The translations under genes were made by a program, and so were the position numbers. A stretch of DNA of 32,000 nt, taken from positions 420,001 to 452,000 of the forward strand of contig NZ_BCZP01000001.1 of the NCBI RefSeq assembly GCF_001598795.1, given 5' to 3'. Positions 26,146 to 32,000 of the stretch are shown here, in pieces. Numbering within the stretch: the stretch's first letter is position 1; each line of letters opens with the position of its first letter. The DNA is from Delftia acidovorans NBRC 14950. GTDB taxonomy: Bacteria; Pseudomonadota; Gammaproteobacteria; Burkholderiales; Burkholderiaceae_C. The notes beneath the pieces are model-generated. The model made no database searches. It had not been told where the DNA came from and worked only from the letters and a program-made list of their open reading frames with translations.

Positions 26146-27150
26146 ATGCGCACTGCATTTCCTCTCTCCTCCGAGGCCCGCCAGGTCCTGAGCCGCCGCA
26201 GCCTTCTGGGCGCAGCCGCGCTGGGGCTGGCCTTGCCGGCTGCTGCACAGGCCGGCTTTCCTGCCAAGCCCTTGAAGCTGGTCGTCGGATACCCGGCCGG
26301 TGGTTCGGTGGACCTGGCCGCCCGCGTGGTGGGCGATGCGCTGGCCGCGCGGCTGCGCGGCACGGTGGTGGTGGACAACGTGGGTGGGGCGGCCGGCGCC
26401 ATTGCGGCCCAGCGCGTGGCCTCGGCACCGGCCGATGGCTACACACTGCTGGTGGGGGCCAGCAACGAGCTGGTGGCCACGCGCATCGTCAACCCCGCGC
26501 AGCGCTACGACGGCCGCCGCGATTTCACGCCGCTGGGCCTGGTGGCCACCAGCCCGCTGATCCTGGCCGCACGCCCGGGCCTGGGCGTGAAGACCCTGGC
26601 CGAGCTGCTGGAGCTGGCGCGCCGCCAGCCCGGCAAGCTCAGCTACGGCAGCTCGGGCGTGGGATCGACCCTGCATTTCGCGGGAGAGCTGTTCAAGCAG
26701 CGCGCGGGTGTCTCCATCACCCATGTGCCCTACCGCGGCGTGGCGCCGTTGACCAGCGACCTGGCGGGCGGCAGCCTGGACCTGGCCATGCTCTCGCCCA
26801 CGGCGGCGCAACCGTTCCTGCAGAGCGGGCGCATCGTGCCGCTGGCGGTCACCAGCGCGCAGCGCCTGTCCGCCTTGCCCCTGGTTCCGGCCATGGCCGA
26901 GCTGGCGCCGCTGCGCGGTTATGAATTGGTGGGCTGGTTTGCGCTGATGGCGCCGCGCGGGCTGCCCGCCGCCACCGCGCAGCGCATCACGGCGGCCCTT
27001 CAGGAGGCGCTGGCCGAGCCCGCCGTGCGCAAGCGCCTGGAAGATGCAGGCATGGTGCCCGCCTCGGGCCGCGAGGACCTGGCGCGCCTGATCGCCGAGG
27101 AAGACCGCAAGTACGAGCAGCTCGCGGCCTTCGCGAACATGCGCGACTGA
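26146..27150 (+). CDS. Bug-family (TctC-like) tripartite tricarboxylate transporter substrate-binding protein
   Basis: ORF track 26134 is a GTG; the ATG is at 26146. It has a Tat-like signal SRRSLLGAAALGLALPAAAQA followed by the hallmark FPAKPLKLVVGYPAGGSVDLAARVV. The length is about 330 aa. Confidence 0.9.
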   Translation: MRTAFPLSSEARQVLSRRSLLGAAALGLALPAAAQAGFPAKPLKLVVGYPAGGSVDLAARVVGDALAARLRGTVVVDNVGGAAGAIAAQRVASAPADGYTLLVGASNELVATRIVNPAQRYDGRRDFTPLGLVATSPLILAARPGLGVKTLAELLELARRQPGKLSYGSSGVGSTLHFAGELFKQRAGVSITHVPYRGVAPLTSDLAGGSLDLAMLSPTAAQPFLQSGRIVPLAVTSAQRLSALPLVPAMAELAPLRGYELVGWFALMAPRGLPAATAQRITAALQEALAEPAVRKRLEDAGMVPASGREDLARLIAEEDRKYEQLAAFANMRD

Positions 27151-27192
27151 CGGTGCTGACGGTGTAGACGGTGCTGACGGCGCTGGCGGCAG
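27148..27192. repeat. Degenerate 9-nt tandem repeat (about 5 units) in the convergent Bug/mutL gap
   Basis: TGACGGTGC (27148-27156), TGACGGTGT, AGACGGTGC, TGACGGCGC, TGGCGGCAG (to 27192). The first unit contains the Bug gene stop codon. Confidence 0.6.
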
Positions 27193-27202
27193 CCGCGCAG
27201 GT

Positions 27203-29227
27203 TCAGCGACCGCGCAGGAACAGCGCGTCCAGCTCCTTCATGCTCATCTGCCGCCAGGTGGGGCGGCCGTGGTTGCATTGGTCGGAGCGCTCGGTGACTT
27301 CCATCTGGCGCAGCAGGGCGTTCATCTCGTCCAGCGTCAGGCGGCGGTTGGCGCGCACGGCGCCGTGGCAGGCCATGGTGGCCAGGATCTCATTGCGCGC
27401 GCGCTGCACCACGGTGCTGGCGTCGTGCTGGGCCAGCTCGGCCAGCACGCTGCGCGCCAGCTCCACGGCATCGCCCTGGGCCAGGGTGGCGGGCACGGCA
27501 CGCACGGCCAGCGTCTTGGGCGAGAAGGGGGAAACCTCCATGCCCAGGGCCTGCAGCGTGTTGCCATGGGCCTCGGCCGTGGCCACTTCCTCGGGTGTGG
27601 CGGCGAAGGTGGCGGGAATCAGCAGCGGCTGGCTGGGGATCTGCTCTGCCGCGTTGACGGCATTCTTGAGCTGCTCGTAGACGATGCGCTCGTGCGCCGC
27701 ATGCATGTCCACCACGACCATGCCCTGGGCGTTCTCGGCCAGGATGTACACGCCGTGGATCTGGGCGACGGCGCGGCCCAGGGGCCAGATGGTTTCTTCG
27801 GCAGCGGCAGGGGTATCCGCTGCCGGGGGCGTGAAGTTCGCAGGTGAAGGCTCGGAGACAGCAGCTGGCTGGGGCTGTGCAGCGGGTGCGTAGCTGGCGG
27901 GCACATCACCGGCAGGCCATTGCACGCCGGGCCTGTCCACCGGGTCTTCGGCAGCACCGGCAGTCTGCATGGCCGTCTGTGCGGGAAGCGCCACCGGGGC
28001 CGGCGCGGCTTCGCGCATGGGTGCCCACAGGCCCGCCATGTTGCTGACCTTGTGGCCGCCCTGTTCATCGCCAAAGCTCATGCGCGCCTGGGGCCAGGCG
28101 GGAGCCGCCACCTTGGGCGCGGTGGCCGGTGCGGCAGGGGCCAGCTCCGGGGTGCGGTCGGCTTCCTCGGCGGCAGCGGCGGCGGCCGCCGCCGCGCGCG
28201 GGGCGGCCAGCGCGTTCTCTATGGCGTGGCGCACGGCCTGGTGCACCTCGCGGCTGTCGCGAAAGCGCACCTCGATCTTGGTGGGATGCACGTTCACGTC
28301 CACGCGCGCAGGGTCGATCTCCACATACAGCGCATAGACAGGCTGCTTGTGGCCGTGCAGCACATCCTCGTAGGCGCTGCGCGAGGCGTGGGTCAGCACC
28401 TTGTCGCGCACGAAGCGGCCATTGACGTAGCAGAACTGGTGGTCGGGCCGGGAGCGCGCCGCATCGGGAATGCCCGCGCGGCCCGTGACGTGGACGGCGC
28501 CCGACCAGTGCTCCACCGTCACGGAGTTCTGCACGAAGGCGTCGCCCAGCACATCGCCCAGGCGGCGCGCAAGGGCTTCGTCCGACATGCTGCCTGCGGC
28601 ACGCCACTGCTCGACCAGCTTGCCTTCGTGCCAGATGGCAAAGCCCACGTCGGGCCGGGCCAGCGCATGGCGGCGCACGGACTCGATGCAGTGGGCCAGC
28701 TCCGTGGCGTCGCTCTTGAGGAATTTGCGGCGGGCCGGCGTGGAGAAGAACAGCTCCTTGACCTCGACCGTCGTGCCCTGGTTGCGGGCGGCGGGGCGCA
28801 GCTCGCCGCTGCGCGCATCGAGCAGATAGGCCGAGTCCTGGCCCGCAGGGCGCGAGAGGATGGACGCCTCCGACACCGAGCAGATGGCCGCCAGCGCCTC
28901 GCCGCGAAAGCCCATGGTGGCCACGGTCTCCAGGTCGTGCAGGTCGGTGATCTTGCTGGTGGCATGGCGGCGCAATGCCACGGGCAGCTCGTCGCGCGGG
29001 ATGCCGCCGCCGTCGTCCTCCACCGAGATCAGCCGCACGCCGCCGGCCAGCAGCCGCACGTTGATCTGGCGGGCGCCCGCATCCAGGGCGTTGTCCACGA
29101 GTTCGCGCACCACCGAGGCAGGGCGCTCGACGACTTCGCCGGCCGCGATCTGGCTGATCAGCTCGTCGGGCAGGTCGCGGATGGGGCGGCGGGGGAGGGT
29201 GTCGGAGGAGGGGATGGATGCGTTCAC
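27203..29227 (-). CDS. mutL: DNA mismatch repair protein MutL
   Basis: GHKL ATPase N-terminus LISQIAAGEVVERPASVVRELVDNALDAGA and VEDDGGGI, a long Ala/Pro-rich linker, and a C-terminal dimerisation domain with VVDMHAAHERIVYEQL and CNHGRPTW. The start codon is GTG at 29227. Confidence 0.95.
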   Translation of the reverse strand: MNASIPSSDTLPRRPIRDLPDELISQIAAGEVVERPASVVRELVDNALDAGARQINVRLLAGGVRLISVEDDGGGIPRDELPVALRRHATSKITDLHDLETVATMGFRGEALAAICSVSEASILSRPAGQDSAYLLDARSGELRPAARNQGTTVEVKELFFSTPARRKFLKSDATELAHCIESVRRHALARPDVGFAIWHEGKLVEQWRAAGSMSDEALARRLGDVLGDAFVQNSVTVEHWSGAVHVTGRAGIPDAARSRPDHQFCYVNGRFVRDKVLTHASRSAYEDVLHGHKQPVYALYVEIDPARVDVNVHPTKIEVRFRDSREVHQAVRHAIENALAAPRAAAAAAAAAEEADRTPELAPAAPATAPKVAAPAWPQARMSFGDEQGGHKVSNMAGLWAPMREAAPAPVALPAQTAMQTAGAAEDPVDRPGVQWPAGDVPASYAPAAQPQPAAVSEPSPANFTPPAADTPAAAEETIWPLGRAVAQIHGVYILAENAQGMVVVDMHAAHERIVYEQLKNAVNAAEQIPSQPLLIPATFAATPEEVATAEAHGNTLQALGMEVSPFSPKTLAVRAVPATLAQGDAVELARSVLAELAQHDASTVVQRARNEILATMACHGAVRANRRLTLDEMNALLRQMEVTERSDQCNHGRPTWRQMSMKELDALFLRGR

Positions 29228-29298
29228 GCGGCAATTCTAGGGGCTGGCATCCACCGCTTGCGGGCTGTGGGAATGGGGTGTGCGGCGCCGGCGCCCGC

Positions 29299-29326
29299 AA
29301 AAAAAAGGAGCCGCGAAAGCGGCTCC
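29299..29326 (-). terminator. Rho-independent terminator between glycine-zipper gene copy 1 and mutL (reverse strand)
   Basis: GGAGCCGC (29307-29314) GAAA GCGGCTCC (29319-29326), preceded on the plus strand by 8 A (29299-29306). This reads as hairpin plus T8 on the reverse strand. Confidence 0.7.
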
Positions 29327-29391
29327 AAGAGGCGTCCCCGGCAACAAAGGCCGGAGCCGGGGGCACTCTTTGAATGAGGGTGGCTGCAGGG

Positions 29392-29682
29392 TCAGCGGCG
29401 GCGCCCTGCGCGGTCGCTGTTGCTGCCCATCTGGTTGCCGACCAGCGCACCGGCCGCGGCGCCGCCCACGGTGCCCAGCGTGGTGCCGAACAGCGCGCTG
29501 CCCAGCACACCACCGGCCACGGCACCCACGCCCGTGCCCAGTTGCGCATTGTTGGGACGGTGGGCGCAGCCGCCCATCGCGAGCGCGCCGGTCAGCAGGG
29601 CGGCGATGGCCAGGGTGCGGCCCATCGTGGAGCCGGACTGGCGTTCGGACTTGTGCGCGAAAGTGCGAAGGGTCTTGTTCAT
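29392..29682 (-). CDS. Glycine-zipper (17-kDa-antigen/Slp-like) small outer-membrane lipoprotein, copy 1
   Basis: ATG at 29682 has AGGAAG 6 nt upstream (alternative ATG at 29625). The lipobox is LTGALAMGGC, followed by the glycine-zipper core GTGVGAVAGGVLGSALFGTTLGTVGGAAAGALVGNQMG. The 303-aa ORF-track entry 29392..30303 is an antisense extension through dedA. Confidence 0.8.
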   Translation of the reverse strand: MNKTLRTFAHKSERQSGSTMGRTLAIAALLTGALAMGGCAHRPNNAQLGTGVGAVAGGVLGSALFGTTLGTVGGAAAGALVGNQMGSNSDRAGRRR

Positions 29683-29955
29683 GGCTTGCTTCCTTGTGTC
29701 TTGGCGATGATGGTGAGGCCGGGCCGGCATTGCCGACGGCATGGAAGCACTTTGCCTGCAAAAAGCTGACGCACTCATGAGTTTTTCGTAGAGTTTTATC
29801 AAGTTGTGTAACAAAACAAGCTTGATTTCAAGCATTTGTAGATTCCTGCAAGCGCCGGTGTGTGCGATGGCGTGACCGGCTCCGGCTCGGCCGTGGGGGC
29901 ATGTCGGCGAAGTACAGTACGGGCCGGTGCGGCGCCCGCCGCGGAGGACTCTCTT

Positions 29956-30606
29956 TTGGAAATCATTCAGTTCCTGATCGACTTCATCCTGCACATCGAC
30001 AAGCATCTGGAGGCCTTTGTCGTGGCCTATGGACCCTGGGTGTATGCGCTGCTGTTTCTCATCGTCTTCGTGGAGACGGGCGTGGTGGTCATGCCCTTTC
30101 TGCCCGGCGACTCGCTGCTGTTCATCGTCGGCGCGCTGTGCGGCGTGGGCCTCATGGACTATTCGATCGCCTGCGCCGTGCTGCTGGTGGCGGCCGTGCT
30201 GGGCGACCAGTGCAACTACACCATCGGCCGCTACATAGGGCCCAAGGTGTTCCAGTGGGAGGACTCGCGCTGGTTCAACCGCCGTGCCTTCGACCAGGCC
30301 CACGCGTTCTACGAGCGCTATGGCGGCATCACCATCGTGCTGGCCCGCTTCATGCCGTTCATCCGCACCTTTGCGCCCTTCGTGGCCGGGGTGGCCGCGA
30401 TGAACCGGGGCAAGTTCACGGCCTTCAATGTGGGCGGGGCGATTGTCTGGGTGTGCGGCATCAGCGCAGCCGGCTATTTCTTCGGCAACCTGCCCTGGGT
30501 GCGCGAGAACCTGGAGAAGATCATCTGGGGCCTGATCCTGGTGCCGGGCCTGATCGCGATCTTTGGCGCCTGGCGCGCGGGGCGCGCGCCCAAGACGGCC
30601 GCCTGA
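29956..30606 (+). CDS. DedA-family inner membrane protein (YqjA/YghB-like)
   Basis: The probable start is TTG at 29956, with GGAGGA (29943-29948) 7 nt upstream; the ORF-track GTG at 29860 adds a non-conserved Gly/Ala/Arg leader. The sequence reads (M)EIIQFLIDFILHIDKHLEAFVVAYGPWVYALLFLIVFVETGVVVMPFLPGDSLLF...LGDQCNYTIGRYIG...RFMPFIRTFAPFVAGV, the canonical DedA core. Confidence 0.85.
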   Translation: MEIIQFLIDFILHIDKHLEAFVVAYGPWVYALLFLIVFVETGVVVMPFLPGDSLLFIVGALCGVGLMDYSIACAVLLVAAVLGDQCNYTIGRYIGPKVFQWEDSRWFNRRAFDQAHAFYERYGGITIVLARFMPFIRTFAPFVAGVAAMNRGKFTAFNVGGAIVWVCGISAAGYFFGNLPWVRENLEKIIWGLILVPGLIAIFGAWRAGRAPKTAA

Positions 30607-30621
30607 GCTTTCCGCGCATAG

Positions 30622-30660
30622 AAAAAACCCCTTGCACCTTCATGGCGCAAGGGGTTTTTT
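30622..30660. terminator. Bidirectional Rho-independent terminator between dedA and glycine-zipper copy 2
   Basis: AAAAAA (30622-30627), CCCCTTGC (30628-30635), an 11-nt loop, GCAAGGGG (30647-30654), TTTTTT (30655-30660). The A/T runs on both sides suit the convergent genes. Confidence 0.7.
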
Positions 30661-30679
30661 CATGGAGCGGGAGTGGGGA

Positions 30680-30904
30680 TCAGCGGCGATCGTTGCGCTT
30701 GCCCACCTCGTTACCGATCAGTGCGCCGGCGGCTGCACCGCCCACGGTGCCCAGCGTGCTGCCGAACAGGGCATCCCCCACGACACCACCGGCCACGGCG
30801 CCTACGCCGGTACCGATCTGTGCACTGCTGGGATTGGTGGAACAGCCGGCAGAGAACAGGGCAATGGCTGCTGCGGCGGCAATGGAATAAAGGCGTGTCT
30901 TCAT
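30680..30904 (-). CDS. Glycine-zipper small outer-membrane lipoprotein, copy 2 (paralog of 29392..29682)
   Basis: ATG at 30904 has AGGAG (30915-30911) 6 nt upstream. The sequence is MKTRLYSIAAAAAIALFSAGC/STNPSSAQIGTGVGAVAGGVVGDALFGSTLGTVGGAAAGALIGNEVGKRNDRR. Confidence 0.8.
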   Translation of the reverse strand: MKTRLYSIAAAAAIALFSAGCSTNPSSAQIGTGVGAVAGGVVGDALFGSTLGTVGGAAAGALIGNEVGKRNDRR

Positions 30905-31111
30905 GTTCATCTCCTGTGATGGCCTGCCTTGTCGCCGTGAGTGGCGTATGGCGCAAGCACTGTGTGGAACATGTTTGCATGCTCTCATTCAGGGCTTGCG
31001 GCAGCGGTAGGAGATCTGCCCGAGCTGCCGCCGGGCGGCTCGGAAGTGTCGCGTCTTTGCCGTCCGACAGCGGCTGCGGGCGGCATCGCCCGCGCCCTTC
31101 GCCTGGCTCTG

Positions 31112-32000
31112 TCAGACGGAGCGGCTGCGTGCCAGCGGCGGGTTGTGCGCGAAGTAGTTGCGGATGCCGCGCATCAGCGCGTCGGCCAGTTGCACCTGGT
31201 ATGCGCTGCTGCGCAGCCGGGCCTCTTCCTCGGGGTTGCTGATGAAGGCGGTTTCCACCAGCACGCTGGGAATGTCGGGTGCCTTGAGCACGGCAAACCC
31301 GGCCTGCTCCACGCGCGGCTTGTGCAGCTTGGCCATGTTGCCGATCTCGCCGAGCAGGGCGCCGCCGAGCTTGAGGCTGTCCTTGATCTGGGCCGTGGTG
31401 CTCATGTCCAGCAGCATGCGCTGCACATGCTGGTCCTGCGAGCCCATGTTCAGGCCACCGACGATGTCGGACTGGTTTTCCTTGTTGGCCAGCCAGCGCG
31501 CGGCCGTGCTGGAGGCGCCCTTGTCGCTGAGCGCAAAAACGCTGGCACCACGCGCGGCCGGCGTGGTGAAGGCGTCGGCGTGGATGCTGATGAACAGGTC
31601 GGCCTGCACGCGCCGGGCCTTTTCCACGCGCGTGGCCAGGGGCACGAAGAAGTCGGCATCGCGCGTCATGAAGGCGCGCATGGGGCTGCCGCCGATGCGG
31701 GTGTCGTTGATGCGGTCGCGCAGCAGGTGGGCGATCTTGAGCACCACGTCCTTTTCGCGCGTGCCGCTGGGGCCGGTGGCGCCGGGGTCCTCGCCGCCGT
31801 GGCCGGGGTCCAGCGCCACGATGATGATGCGGTCGGTCTGGCGCGAGGTGGCGATGTTGGGCGCGGCAATGGGGGCAGGGGCCGGAACGGGCGCAGGCGC
31901 GGCAGGGCGAGGCGCCGGGGCCGGAGCGGCAGGGGAAGGTGCCTGTGCCACCACGGCGGGCGGTGCAGGCGTCTTGCCGCCGGAGCCGCTGCTGTGCTGG
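31112..32000 (-). CDS. N-acetylmuramoyl-L-alanine amidase (Amidase_3, AmiB/AmiC-type); C-terminal catalytic part only, the gene continues past the right window edge
   Basis: Catalytic-domain blocks are IIVALDPGHGGEDPGATGPSGTREKDVVLKIAHLLR, DLFISIHADAF and PSVLVETAFISNPEEE. A Pro/Ala-rich linker lies upstream. The frame stays open to nt 32000 (hand-translated ...QHSSGSGGKTPAPPAVVAQAP...). Confidence 0.9.
   Translation of the reverse strand, partial: QHSSGSGGKTPAPPAVVAQAPSPAAPAPAPRPAAPAPVPAPAPIAAPNIATSRQTDRIIIVALDPGHGGEDPGATGPSGTREKDVVLKIAHLLRDRINDTRIGGSPMRAFMTRDADFFVPLATRVEKARRVQADLFISIHADAFTTPAARGASVFALSDKGASSTAARWLANKENQSDIVGGLNMGSQDQHVQRMLLDMSTTAQIKDSLKLGGALLGEIGNMAKLHKPRVEQAGFAVLKAPDIPSVLVETAFISNPEEEARLRSSAYQVQLADALMRGIRNYFAHNPPLARSRSV

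Noticed and set aside
29420-30890. Pro/Ala/Thr-rich plus-strand ORFs (29420..29710; the tail of 29862..30890; 30673..31242) with the repeated peptide SAPAAAPPTVPSV...PPATAPTPVP.
   Set aside because: They are the antisense reading of the Gly/Ala-rich glycine-zipper genes. They recur only because those two genes are paralogs.

Overview
This is a high-G+C (hand counts of about 65-78% in typical lines) betaproteobacterial chromosome segment. The gene content (Bug/TctC binding protein, IPTL-CTERM protein, many LysR regulators) suggests Comamonadaceae, but that is inference only. Most of the window is ordinary core or accessory metabolism. Left to right it holds: a truncated Bcr/CflA-type MFS gene, a secreted rhodanese plus a YeeE/YedE sulfur transporter, an ankyrin-repeat protein, three secreted serine hydrolases around a tandem-domain methylglyoxal-synthase-like gene, an IPTL-CTERM surface protein, gdhA, a LysR regulator, a hydrolase-like gene followed by a three-gene RND efflux operon (MFP-RND-OMF), a LysR / M20 amidohydrolase / Bug cluster, mutL, a dedA gene bracketed by two paralogous glycine-zipper lipoprotein genes, and a partial MurNAc-L-Ala amidase gene. 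The stand-out region is a visibly low-G+C insert at about 2885-5140. It carries two same-strand genes: a 251-aa protein with a clear PD...E-x-K (VRR-Nuc-like restriction-endonuclease fold) motif and an odd Gly/Ala-rich hydrophobic tail, then a 362-aa protein that I read as a DUF3396/TsiV-like immunity protein. The pair looks like an orphan nuclease toxin-immunity module. No VgrG, PAAR, adaptor, Rhs, CdiA or mobility gene lies within 25 kb. Secondary points of interest are: an alpha/beta-hydrolase-fold gene whose nucleophile Ser is replaced by Glu and which sits at the head of the RND operon, a 44-nt near-perfect palindrome upstream of the ankyrin gene, the internally duplicated MGS-like protein, an IPTL-CTERM protein with no sorting enzyme nearby, and direct-repeat glycine-zipper paralogs flanking dedA. 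I found no rRNA, tRNA, CRISPR array, transposase or integrase. All coordinates were indexed by hand. All family assignments come from motif recognition, not from searches.
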